Assembly: GCA_024704765.1 (NCBI GenBank) | Contig: JAKMXF010000006.1 | Coordinates: forward strand, 62,001 to 126,000 | Direction: 5' to 3' | Origin: Oopsacas minuta | Taxonomy: Eukaryota > Animalia > Porifera | DNA length: 64,000 nt | Shown here: positions 12,449-25,090 of the stretch, in pieces | How the letters are laid out: each line of letters opens with the position of its first letter | Numbering within the stretch: position 1 is the first letter of the stretch | The notes under the pieces: model-generated | What the model was told of the DNA's origin: nothing | The model's input: only the letters and a program-made list of their open reading frames with translations | The model's database searches: none | Program-made: the position numbers and the translations under genes

Positions 12449-12551
12449 AATATTATTAAATCTCAGTTGTTGTTTGTCTGTTTATTTGTCCGTTGATTAC
12501 CTTGAGGCGCAATGCGCCGAGTTCATCGCGAAGCAACGAGCCAAAGGCTCG
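12449..12551 (+). mobile_element. Helitron-like family A, internally deleted mini-copy
   Basis: 5' motif TTAAATCTCAGTTGTTG joined directly to the 3' motif GAGGCGCAATGCGCCGAG...GGCTCG|T. Confidence 0.6.
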
Positions 12552-13021
12552 TTACCATTAAAATTGATAATTGTAAAATCATTTCACAAATTCTGATAAA
12601 CATGGACTCACATCCCCAATGACCACCCTTGCTCTTTAGGCATTAGGCTACTGAATCTAGTTAATATACCGTATACATATAGCCTGGAAAGTGTAAAAGT
12701 GTGTCAATATATATATTTAAGATAAATATACAATTGAATCTACAAAATTTTGTTGAGAATAATTGGGTAATTGTTTTGCATTCATTTTCAGTTATTAATC
12801 TTTATATGGATGCCGGTTATATGAACACCTGATATAACAATAAGCCGGATATGAGCAGCATCTTATCGAAAACAGTTATCATATAATCTTGTATATTTTA
12901 TGCTGGTTATAAGCCTATGTAAAGCTACCGCCAGGTTTATATTTAACCTGTAGTGCACAATGTTATGCTGTTTCTACAGTTAGAATCTTATGCAATCTAC
13001 GTAGAAAAATTTGATAAGTTA

Positions 13022-14164
13022 ATGGCTACTAACACTATCGATTGTCATCACAAAGTGGTGATTGACAATGGTTCTGAAAGGATGAAGGTAGGCTTCCATG
13101 GGGCAGATACACCCTCTTACATATTCCCGACTCTTCTTGGCCGAATCCGATATTTATTTCTTCTTCAAATGAATTATAAGGAAACTTATGTTGGAACAGA
13201 AGCACAAGCAAAACGTGGTATCCTTGCTCTACAGTATCCGGTAGAATATGGTATAATCACAAACTGGGATGCTATGGAGAAAATATGGCATCACACATTC
13301 ACTAATGAATTACGTGTAGCATCAGAGGAATGCACAGTTCTATTGACAGAACCACCTCTTAACCTTGGAGCTAACAGAGAGAAAACTATTCAGATAATGT
13401 TTGAAACATTCGGTATCAATTCTCTCTATTTGTGCAACAGTTCTATACTATCTCTGTATGCTTCTAGTCGTACTACTGGAATTGTGATAGAATCAGGAGC
13501 AGGGGTGTCACACATTGTACCTATCTTCAAGCAACGTACACTTACTAACGGTATACCACGTCAAGATGGTGTTGCTGGCAAAGATCTGACTGAAATCTTG
13601 ATGAAAATGATGTGTGAACGTGGCTACTCATTCACCACAACAGCCGAAAGAATGATTGTTAACGAAATGAAGGAACAGTTATGTTATGTAGCTTTAGACT
13701 ATAAGCAAGAGATGATAAGATCACAATCAGATTCCAGTCTGGAGAAGAATTATGAATTACCAGATGGTGGCATGTTGAATGTTGGTAGTGAGAGATTTCG
13801 TTGTCCGGAAGCTCTTTTCGATCCTTCTCTGATAGGAGTGAGTACACACCGTTTGCAAGATCTAGTGTATAACTCCATTATGAAGTGTGACAATGAGATA
13901 CATAAGTATCTCGCTAGCAATATTGTATTATCTGGAGGTAACACAATGTTTCCTGGTTTCTCAGAGCGTATTGAGAAGGAAGTAATCAAGCTACTTAGTC
14001 CGGATATGAGAGTTAAAGTTATTTCTCCTTCAAATAGAGAGTACAGTGCATGGATAGGAGGATCTGTTCTAGCTTCTATGAATGATTTCAATAACGTTTG
14101 CTTATCTAAAGCTGAGTATGATGAATATGGACCTTGTATTGCGTATAGAAAATATGTACATTGA
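13022..14164 (+). CDS. Divergent actin / actin-related protein, intronless, 380 aa
   Basis: Colinear with actin (DNGS, YPVEYGIITNWDAMEKIWHHTF, ELPDG, ERFRCPEALF, NIVLSGGNTMFPG, WIGGSVLAS). Likely start is the ATG at 13022, not the GTG at 12953. Confidence 0.9.
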   Translation: MATNTIDCHHKVVIDNGSERMKVGFHGADTPSYIFPTLLGRIRYLFLLQMNYKETYVGTEAQAKRGILALQYPVEYGIITNWDAMEKIWHHTFTNELRVASEECTVLLTEPPLNLGANREKTIQIMFETFGINSLYLCNSSILSLYASSRTTGIVIESGAGVSHIVPIFKQRTLTNGIPRQDGVAGKDLTEILMKMMCERGYSFTTTAERMIVNEMKEQLCYVALDYKQEMIRSQSDSSLEKNYELPDGGMLNVGSERFRCPEALFDPSLIGVSTHRLQDLVYNSIMKCDNEIHKYLASNIVLSGGNTMFPGFSERIEKEVIKLLSPDMRVKVISPSNREYSAWIGGSVLASMNDFNNVCLSKAEYDEYGPCIAYRKYVH

Positions 14165-16534
14165 AATATGATTGAATGATATTTATTATATAAATTGCCA
14201 TTCTAATGAATAAATGTATATTTTAGTTATAAAGGAGTTTTCTTTAGGTAATTGAATTTATTACACAAATGAAAACAGCCATACAGATATGATTCCATGT
14301 ACAGATGATTTATTGATATGATGGATTCTTATAAGAAATGTTTTTAATGTAATTATTGTATGTCACTAAATTATTTCATTCGCATCAACAGACAGGGCCC
14401 GGGATAGAAACATTCACACAACCAGAAGCATGCAATAAGGATTTTGTGCATGCTTCTGGTAGTACGAATGTAGAAAATTGAGCTTCTTCATTGTTGGACC
14501 TGTTTACCATTATTGATAATTCAGATATTCATTTCCAGATGTTTCGAGTGTATTTGCCTCATAGACTACCATAATGAAGGAATGTGGACTGCCAGCTCGG
14601 GTCCTGGAACTTGGTCCATTGTATTCTCTTGATATCTCCTAATCCGCTAAAGTTAGACTACGAAAATGTATTATTGTTCGATAGGATCTCATATGTTGGG
14701 TGTCGATTGATCATATTGCCTTACCTAAAATGTTTGTGGAATGTGAGTTATGTGGTTTTCACACCTTCCCATATTATGTTGGTAAGATAAAAATATCGCT
14801 TCCAATGTGAGTTAGACATAAGAAATCTGTTATTATACAATAGAGGTCCATAGGTAATGACTCCTTTTTAGATTTTCTTACCTGATAGCCAACTATACAT
14901 AAGAACACATTGTAAATTGTGACTTTTGGACTAGAGATGTTGTTTTCGGCCGAGGGATTTATTCCGTGGTCTGTATTGCAGAAACGGTGCATTTTTGTCC
15001 GATTAAATGTATGGCACTTTTGTGGAACAACAAATTATCAACCATAAAATATTTCAGGAATTTGCCAAATTATTTGAGAGCTTGTAATAACCCGTGTAAC
15101 GTAACCTAAAATATTGCATCTTTCATTTACTAATTGTTGTATGGAATGTTTTGTATAAATCTTTATGCATTATAAAAATTGTCTTCATAAAGTTGGCTCG
15201 TTCTTGAGTTTTCGTAGGGGCATTGGATGACACAATTTTGTGAATATCTAATTATAATTCAATAATCGTGAATTTATTGTTAACTTGATTCTCCCATCAG
15301 TGACTCAACACGTGTAAACAATATTAGTGCGCTTCCCGTGTATGATGTAAGCTAGCCCAGAATATAGTATTATAGATTAATGTTATTTATTGAGGGTAAT
15401 TATAGCATCTGGCCCTTTGGACACAATTAGCCAGTGAATAGTTGACATCAAAGGTCATTAAAATCGTTTTCCACTTTATGATGCTACGAGGAAGCATTGA
15501 GAGCCAGAGAATTATACTTATGAGAGATGTAGAAATTTACAAACTCCACAGGTACAGAGATTAGAATTAGTGCATGCTTGCAACCGAATAGTTCAATATT
15601 TGGTTCCCGAATATTCGTACTGTCAACATCCGGTTACTCGAATGGCGGTTAACTCGAACACATACAATTCCAATCATTGTACTTTTAATTATTATCGCAT
15701 TCGTTAACTTGAACATACGCTATCTCGAACAGATTTTCAGGGTTCAAGTTCCCGGGATATTAACTGTTTAGATATTAGTTAAGAATATTTTGAATACTTT
15801 TGATATGAAAGATTTGTATTGCATTTTTTGATTTTTCTAGATTGATAGCATACGTTAGCGTCTAACAAATTTGATTTATCCAAGGCAAAACGAGGAAATG
15901 TCTACGCGGCAAAGTAAAGGTCAGTCAAAATATCTGCCATTCCATCAAAATAGATTATGTGTGTACATGTTGTAATTACCAATCAGTCTAAGTTGAGTAG
16001 ATTTGATGCAAACCTTAGATTTGAATTACTTTAATTCTTAGGCGAGACTATAAAAGAAAGATGAATTTATCATAGCTGAGTATTACATTGGATAATATTG
16101 AAAGAAAATCACAGAAAAACGACCAATTCATCTGCAATTAAATAAATACTGGGTAATTATAGTTATTAATCACATTTTTATGCTCAATTAATAATTATAT
16201 ATTTCTGGCAACCAAGCCGTGAGAATTGGCATTACAGTAGCATCAAATTGTACAGTGAAGAACATAGATTTCACTTTTGACAATTGGAAAAGCGTGGGAC
16301 TCACGTCTAAGGCATCAAGATTGGCACCTCTGCACTATACATAAGTGGTCTCGCTCCCAGGGTCGGGACGTTTTATCTGTAGTTGATATAGCATTCCTTA
16401 TTAAAATGACGCCGGTATCTACCTTCTGTAATTCTTGAAATTGGCAACCTCGTTTTTCAAATCCTGGGACCACCCCGCTATATATTTTTATAGAGTGTAG
16501 AATTTATCTATTTATCACATTTAGGATCACAAAA

Positions 16535-19500
16535 ATGAAGTCAATTTGTTGCTTATAATATGCTGTCTCATAATCATTTCTACACAGTTAGAGGGTGATA
16601 GTGTTACAGTGGATCTACCATTCGGATCTATTAAGGGATATTCTAACGGAGATTCCTGACAGTTTTACGGAATACCATTTGCAGCTCCTCCAGTAGGAGA
16701 TCTACGTTGGCAGCCTCCTACTGACTTCACCCCTTGGGCTGGATCTACACTAGGTGCTAATATCCCACCACCTGCTTGTATTCAAAATTGTGAAGGTGCA
16801 ATATTTGGTTGTATGACCAATAGTGAAGATTGTCTCTATTTGAATATTTTCATACCTCTCCCCTGGACACCTGGTTCAAACATAACGTATGATGTATTAC
16901 TGTTCATATATGGGGGCTCATTCATACAAGGGTCATCTGATAGTTTGATCTACGATTCCAAGTAAGAGTAATGAATAATTATCATATGAGTACTTAACTG
17001 GGTTTGAGTACGCTTGGTTTGATAAGCATACTAGATTACAGCAGATATATAGTAAGTCATGAACTAAATGCTTCGGGAATCATTTTATACAAGGATGCTC
17101 AATTGTTCTTATACGCGGGCCTTACTGTATATCTACTATAATATATTTTGCTTCTCAATTCCACGACAATCTCTAGAGACATTGGGGGAGATTGCTAATT
17201 TACGATGTTGGGGGATCAAATGAACATTTTCCACCGTTTTCATAGATCAGCCATTAGTAGTTATCCAATGGGATGCGGAAAAAGTTTGAAAGTCGAAGTA
17301 AGAATTAGTCCGAAAAATAAAGTACGGATAAGATCGAAAACGTATGAAGTGGGAATAAGATCAAAAGGATTGTAAGGCTTAGAATATTTCAACTATCGCT
17401 CGGAAACTCAGCTTGCATTGGTGTACATCTTGGCCCTACCCTGAGTCAGCAGAGAATTGTTCTATCTTCTAACAGAGCAGCCATACAATATCCAATGTAG
17501 TGTTCCTATTACAGCCTTTAGAGAGAGTATGGAGATAGAGATTCCTATAGCTGCTTGTGTGCTAGTGGCATGCAAACACGTGTCAGATGGATAAATGACG
17601 AAAAAGAAAGAAGTTCCTAAAGAATGGCTCTGTCCCACCTGTGATGTTCGGATCTTTTTCAGCCCTCCAAGTGAATTAGATTCTTTGGTATCGCTAGGAG
17701 CGTGCTGATTGGCATTTATCGGATGGATTGATTGCATTGCATTTCTAAGAGACTATTGCATTTAAGTTCACGATTGCGATTGCCACTCCGAGTTTCAGCT
17801 CGCTTGATCGCAGGTCTACTTCGTACTTCGAAAATATTTCGAGTCTCATTCCTTTTTGAGAGATATTTCGAACTTAGTTCTACTTAAAATTATTCCGACG
17901 ACTAGTTATTCAACATTAGTGATTACATACTCAACTTCGAATGGTATGCAATATTTCGAACGCTTCTTTTGCACTTGGCACTATGCTGCTGGGATCTGTG
18001 AGGGTATACGTATTATGGCCTTAATTACATATCATATTTTACTTCTAAATAGGTTCTTCTCAAACTTCACTAATACCATCATAATAACGTTCAATTATCG
18101 CCTTGGAGTACTAGGTTTCCTAAGGAATCCGTTATATGGTATAGATGGGAATATGGGATTTATAGATCAACGTATGGCTATGCTATGGGTTAACGCCTAT
18201 ATTTCATATTTCGGAGGGAATGGGAAGATTACCCTGTTTGGGGAAAGTGCTGGAGCTATCTCTGTCGGAGCACACTTAGCATCCCCTCTATCCACGGGAC
18301 TATTTGATAACGCTATCATTGAGAGCGACCCCTGGACTGCCCCATTAAGAAATACAGTTGATGCAGACGTATTGGGAGAGGACTTCTTTTTGGTAAGTAG
18401 TTATATAAATATTACCGCACTTCATGAAGCACTGCATAATGAACATTTCGCAAAACCGGATCGACACTCTGATTTCTACCCAAAGTACAAACTTGGAAAT
18501 TTGCAAATGGTTTGGTTGCTTCTGTGAAACAATGTTGGCAATAATAACTTAGAAATAAAATAAAATTTGTCCCAATTTAACAAAATTTTGGCTATCAATC
18601 TAGCTTAATAAAATTTGCTCAGATCAATAGGGATTTCCAATTTCGATTTACGAATCTTTACCACTAGGTTAGTGGAGGTTGTCCATTTTTCTCCACAACT
18701 AGTGTCTCAATTAAGTGGAGTTAACTAAATGTTCCATTTAGCAAATCTCGCTAAAGTGATTTGTTTACCTAATCAACCTTAGTCTTATTGTAAAATAGTC
18801 TAGCCATAGCGCACAAGTGCAGATTATTCCACCATTTATATTTCTATCTTAATGAATCCAAGTACAACTGATTAAAGTGTAATTTCATAACTATATGCAC
18901 GTGTTCCGAATTGAGCACTAAATATACAGTCGTCTCCGTACAGATTTTTCATGGATTACCCTCTTTAAGCTTAAGTCATTCTAGTATGCTTAACAACAAT
19001 GTGTGTGTTGGGTTAAGATTTTTGTTGTTTTGGCTGTATTTTCTAGCATTCATTGTAGCTTGACTTTCTTTTACTGCTGCAGGGGCCTTTTCTGGGCTAA
19101 CCCAGCTAATATTCATGGTTGTATACTCTGGTTTATCCGAACATATTACAGGACAGGGGATAGTCTGGGATTTTCCCAGGCCTAATCTATGTTAGCCTGG
19201 GTATTAATTAAGCTAGTCAATAATATTTCCCCTAGCACTGTAAAAGATACTCCTGGCAGCCTGAGTCAACATTAGGGCTAGAAATAGGCCTGACTCAACG
19301 AAAATGAGTACATATTTCCCAATTATTGTCATGATAATTCGATGAAATATAGATATGGAGGCCCCGGACCAAATGCATACTTACCAATCCTTTCTAACAA
19401 AATCCTTAGATATTTATCTCGAAATCCCTGGATTTTCAAAATTTTACTTGCAGATAATATGATTTTTTCACTATTTTATCAGAAAATTGAGAGAAATATC

Positions 19501-21468
19501 CTAATATTTCCCCTGTATTTAGTAATTTTCCCCTTGGATATCATGTCAAATCCGGGGATTATCCAGTGGCCCTGGAAAGATTGGCAAGTATTCAAATGGC
19601 CGTCCTGATACCATCTCAGATACTGTACCTGATTATGTATTAGAGAGGATAGTTATAATCTCATCCACATACCAAAATATACACAAACTTCACGAATCTA
19701 ATAATTGGATTAAATTCTATTAGTACAGTAGAACACGAATAATAGGTACACCCTCGGCAAAAAAGATATAGTAAGTACCAACTAAGCTTGCACGCCTTAA
19801 GCCGAGCGCCCTACCAAATTCTAATGTACTTAGCTGACTATATCTGAAATTTCATTTACACGACAATTAACTCACAATACTCGATATTATCTGAGTTCGA
19901 TAAGCCACAAGATCAATGCAACATCATGTTCGATATTACTGAGATTTACTTTATATATAATATATAGGAACTTGATTGCTTCACAAAAGGTTGCATCCTT
20001 AACAAAAAGTCAGAAGAAATATTAATGGCTCAAACAAAGTTTAGCTTACCGTTTCCTTTTTCGCTCAATATCCTCGCAGATTTTCTTCCTTGGGCTCCGA
20101 TCGTTGACAACATAAACTTACTTGATCAGCCATTAGCAACACTGCTTGAAAAAGCAAAAACTTCTGCTTTTCTACCTGTGATAATAGGTACCACTACCAA
20201 CGAAGGATTCTTTTTCATAGAGGAGTTAAATATGGTATCACCAGTTAAAGGAGAAGCTTTATATGACGCCATGTTGCCATTAATCTTTCCATTGCATTTC
20301 GAATCTGTAGTTAATACATACAATTCATTGTACGGAGTACCAACGAACTATGTAGATAGGTTATCATTGATAGCAGGAGATTACTTGTTCCTCTGCCCGA
20401 CAAGGAAATTGTTAGCTACGATATCCGATGGTCAACAAAACACTTGGGGTTATCTTTGGAATAGAGGTGAAACATACAACGCATCAAGTACTTTCTGTTA
20501 TAATATACCATGTCATGGATCAGAACTCCCCTACGTATTCGGTACTCCTAGTCTATGGGGCCAACAGTTCACTCCTAATGACTTAAATCTATCCAGACAG
20601 ATACAGACTTACTGGAGAAACATGGCCTATAGTAGTGATCCTAACATGGGGCCGGGTGGGACTGGAGTATATCCAGCCTGGTCGAGATACGAAACAAAGA
20701 CTCGAGTAGAGATGTTTTTCGACGAACCAATTGGTAGACTGTCGTACAACTACAGTGATAGGGTATGTGACTTTCTAGACACCATAGGGTATGATCGTTC
20801 AGATATATTCGGAAATTCCTCAGTAATTAGGAGCTCTCTATTGATGGTAGTTGTAGGTGAGTTAATTACTATATATTCATATACACGTATATACTACAGT
20901 GGTATATTTTAACCTTTTACACAAAATATAACCTAAAAGTGGGCATTCCTTCTATCTAAATTTCTTTTAATTCGGTTATTATCATCATGATGGATAACTT
21001 GTACTAAGTTGGTAAAAAAGTACGGCTTAGAAAGGAAACGATGTCAGGCATGTTGGGGGCCGTTCAAACGTTGTGTAACACTACAAGGCAAAAGGGAGTG
21101 GTATGCGAAGTGTGACACCCCATTCTTTTTGTATTACAAAACGATGAAAAAGCGTGATATAGAGGAAGTGAATTTTGCGATTCTTAACGTTTGAACGGCA
21201 CCTTAGTGAGTAAGGAAGTTAGTGCAACAATTGTGCCTGCTTAATGATACCATCGTGCGGACGCAATAATTGTTATGTATTCGAGAGCGATACAGTAGAA
21301 ACCGACAAAATATAATCCTCCGATGAATTACATAAATATGACGCATTTTGACATTTCTCTATTACATCCCATAGTGTTCAATAGGATTTATCATATGATA
21401 TAGATTTATATTGTTTTCGTCTTATAGCAGTTATTGTGATTGGATTGATCAACAGTATCTCCTCCTAA
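16535..21468 (+). pseudogene. Type-B carboxylesterase paralogue 1 (exons 16535-16961, 18053-18392, 19968-20856, 21428-21468)
   Basis: Motifs SEDCLYLN, YGGSF, GESAG, GTTTNEG and CHGSELPYVF; GT-AG junctions with compatible phases. Exon 1 has a 1-nt frameshift just after the start and TGG>TGA at 16657-16659. Confidence 0.85.
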
Positions 21469-22630
21469 TAACAAACAATTGTTCATATATCTCCGTGTGC
21501 TATCAAAATTTTCACCAAATTTACTTTATTCCATGAATTATTCTCTACTTTGTAATATAGATCACAAATAATGTTTCATAGGAAATTATTTTCTTTTGTG
21601 ATTGTCAAGAATTATAATTCATTTGAAGATTTACAATGAACTATATTGCTTATAGAATTAGTTGGTATTTAGAATAGAAGTAATTTCAAACATATTTCTT
21701 TAGTCCAGTGCATCTTTGATTTCACCTGGAGAAATTGTATCAATAATAGGTTATATTTATTTTTGACATCAAAAAGCACATACAAAAGTCCGACAAAGGT
21801 AATTAAAAGTGTAATATAGACATAACTTCCAGAATTGAAGCATAAATCAAATTTTATGCCGATTTTCGTCATCTGTGCAAAATTCCTGCATTTGTGTAGT
21901 TACTTGAATATATTGGAGAATATTTTCCCTAGAAATGTAATAACTGGTCTGGGGACTAGTTATGGTCAACCATAACAGGTCTAGTCTGGCTATAACCGAT
22001 CCGGAAGTGGAACAATCATGGCCCGACATTAATTATATGCTTTATTCTTAACTAATCCTATCAAAATGCAATTCACCAAATAGATATCGATCCCAAAGAC
22101 CCAATCAAACAACCAAGAGGTAGTTAGACATCCGGACAGTGCTGTCAAGTGAGTTCATACAAATTCCTGGAGATTAAGAATAATATTTACGGATATCTAG
22201 AATTTTTGCGAAGCATTCAAATCTCACCTTACTTATTCTTCTATAGCGAAATCACTTGAGACTATTAGTCAGGCTTGTAGGTTGAAGCAATATTCTAATT
22301 CAATGATTGGTTAGCCTTTAGGGACTCCAGTTTACAAAGCTGAGTCCATAAAGGCTAACCCATTATTGAAATAGAATATAGCTTCAACCGTTCCCATCCG
22401 AAATTGAGGTAACAGGATATAATTACTACTCAATGAATTTGAGAGCACAAGGACAAGTCTTTCTTCAAAGTTATTGGCCTATATGGCAAAGGTTAGTCTC
22501 ATTATCGTCTTCTTAGTCACACCTTCCCTTCTTCTTATACTCTTCCTCGGTTTTGCTGATTTCTATCACTAAAGAATAATTCAATGGTGTGATAATATCA
22601 ATTTACAACAGTGGTCATTTAAGGCAATTT

Positions 22631-22863
22631 AAGTATTGGAACACTGTACCACTTGTGGCATAAGTGACACACGGTGAGAATACATTGAAAGATTCTATGG
22701 ATATAGCAGCTAGCAGAAAGTAGAGCAATAACTCGTTGTTTATGATATATTTATGTGCAAAATTGTTCGAAATCATCTTACATCGATACAATTATGGTGG
22801 CATGTCTATTGGTGCCATGAGCACACTGTGGCAGGATGTTCCAATACTTTTGGCGAGGCAGTG
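22631..22863. mobile_element. Tc1-like MITE, left-truncated copy of 7215-7465
   Basis: Shared internal sequence and right TIR ...TTTTGGCGAGGCAGTG|TA. Confidence 0.7.
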
Positions 22864-23472
22864 TATATATACTGTAGACTCCAGTTAATCGGGTCACATC
22901 GGGACCATACCATTTTGACTCGATTAAGCTGAATAGAGGTGTTGACCCGATTAACCGGAGAAAATTAACTCTAATTGTATCGTTCTGTTTCTGGCCAAGT
23001 GAGTCTACTGTATGTGTGTATATATTATATAAATATGTTAGTATTTCAAGAATTGATTGAAGAAACTAGAGGATCCGCAGTGCTGATTTTTGGCATATAG
23101 GGTTTTTACATGCCTCAGACTAGTTCGAGTCTTTACGCCTATGGCCATATTATGACGTAATATTTACCTTTTCGGATTTGGATAATCACATTATTCGCCA
23201 CTGCTCAGCCAATATACATAATATATGGTTAAAATTTGAATCTGAGGTACCCTTCAATATGCCAAATGTCCTGACGTCATGATTTTGACCAAAGCCAAAC
23301 TCATCAAGGAATAATTACATCATGACTGTACTATGTACAAACATTGAAAATTTCTCCAGTTTGGCATTTTATGATAATCTGATATTCATTGTAGTATGTA
23401 GCACCTAGATTCATATCGAAAACTATCGTAGCTTCGATGGAAGGTCGTGATTAAGATAAATCCTAGTCACAA

Positions 23473-23510
23473 AGCTGTCGCACAGCGAAGTAGTAAGCGA
23501 ACCGCGCTAG
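23473..23510 (+). mobile_element. Helitron-like family B, 3' terminus
   Basis: AGCTGTCGCACAGCGAAG...CGCGCTAG|T; homologous reverse copy at 63915-64000. Confidence 0.5.
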
Positions 23511-23737
23511 TTATTATTCTTATTATTTATGCATCAACTATTATATTACTTTGTTATCCAGGTCGCATAATTATCAGAGTTTGTGGATTAGAATAACAAA
23601 TTGAAAATGTTTAGAAATAGAAAGAAACTGTAACTTTGGTTACAAATCATGGTAACTAGTAACCGAAATTTTTTCATTCTCTTCAGTTTTTCATAGCAGG
23701 TTTAGAGTTTACTGTCTGGAAAAGTAAACGCTATCCA

Positions 23738-23983
23738 AGTAGGATAGACAGTACCGCACCTTCTTTCAGATTTGGATACGTGCGAGGGACTTCTCGATAA
23801 AGGTACTCAAAATGTATACGCCATTTCTTCCTCTCTGAAATGCTTGGGACACACGATGGTGAGCCCGCGCCCGAAGTCAAGAGTATCTGCGTTCATCGGG
23901 TTTGTGTGGCATCGTAAATACTGCTAGTTGTTCCTCGTTATCATAGTTCCTGAACAAGCGGAGGCAGAACAGCGACTGAGCAT
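23738..23983 (-). pseudogene. THAP domain remnant (P-element/THAP9-like transposase N-terminus)
   Basis: Frame pieces MLSRCSASAC.GNYDNEEQLAVFTMP, IVCPKHFREEE and PNLKEGAVLSI reproduce the C2CH THAP pattern and the AVP-like box, across frameshifts. Confidence 0.65.
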
Positions 23984-24784
23984 TGTAGCATTTGCAGAAT
24001 TATATGTATGAAGCTGGAAATATATGCAGAAAATTGCAAATTCGCATTAAAGTTCAATACAATTATATATTACAAGTAAATACTACCATGTATGGGTTAA
24101 TGCGTTTGGGTGCTAATAATACTTGTTCATACGGTTAGAGATCAAAACAAGGTATTTACCTGATAATTTAGTGATATAACATTATATTGAAGGTAAGATG
24201 AGAAGGAAGCGCGGGGTGATATTTTACTGTTTGTAATTTAGTGCTTTAATGTAATGATTCAATACTACGATAATTTCTGCCCTTGTAGAGAGGGATACAA
24301 TTCTATCCAACTTATAGGATAGAAATGTATCCCTCAGCCATAAATGGGATAGTCACCCTAGGACTATCTCATCTATGGCGAAAATTAAGAAGCATACTAC
24401 AATCCCGCGTTTAACCCATAAGCAATTGAACAAGTTGGAAACGTCTTGCTAGAAACAAATGCAAAGTCTCTATCAATTCACGTGGTCAATTGAATTCTGT
24501 AAATTTGTTGTTCTATAGAAATCGCTCAATTAATAATAAATAGCCTGTTTTAATACGTATTGTATTGCTATGTGGATACTTTAAATACATTTGACTTGTT
24601 AATATTATCCCTAAATTATATATGTTAGATTCACCAATCTGTTTAGAGCTTTATTGTTATTATGAAAATGTTCTAAACATGTTCAGTCTACTGTTTACAT
24701 CCTATAACTAGCACACACAAGTACAAAACTAGAGCTGGTAAATAACAAAGAGAAGTCTACAAATCAACCAGCTGTAGAATGTTT

Positions 24785-25090
24785 TCACACAGGGTAGTGT
24801 GAACGGACTTGAAAATGACTAGTATCACTGCCCAGATTGTGCATAACAAGATCTATCACATACAGACCTGCACTCTCATCTCCCGTTTTTATAGTCCCAT
24901 CGAACCAATAGTAACCGCCAGAAAAAAGAAATTGAATATATGCTGTAGTGTCATGCTCTGCAAATACATCGATTTTACCTTTTAAAGCAGATAGTGAGTG
25001 ATTTCCTTCGCTATCATGGTCCCATTGCCAGTAAGCGAGAGCAGGATTATTCTCAGCTATTCCTTGGGGAATACTAGTGTAATCATGCAA
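24785..25090 (-). CDS. Unidentified coding segment (W/Y/G-rich, probably a terminal exon or pseudo-exon)
   Basis: 101-codon open frame with protein-like composition and AATAAA about 130 nt past the stop (24650-24655). An in-frame TGA lies upstream and no secure start was found. Confidence 0.4.
   Translation of the reverse strand: MHDYTSIPQGIAENNPALAYWQWDHDSEGNHSLSALKGKIDVFAEHDTTAYIQFLFSGGYYWFDGTIKTGDESAGLYVIDLVMHNLGSDTSHFQVRSHYPV

Noticed and set aside
12953-13021. GTG-initiated N-terminal extension of the actin ORF
   Set aside because: Non-homologous to actin; the ATG at 13022 aligns with the actin start.
13659-14091. Antisense ORFs over actin (likewise over FN3, GH18, esterase and ARL)
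   Set aside because: Shadows of real coding strands with no independent motifs.
17500-17650. PHD-finger-like relic (KEVPKEWLCPTC) in intron 1 of esterase 1
   Set aside because: The other Cys/His ligands could not be aligned without several frameshifts; probably transposon debris but not supportable.
17856-18527. 223-aa ORF as a complete gene
   Set aside because: It is esterase exon 2 (18053-18392) plus open intron sequence.
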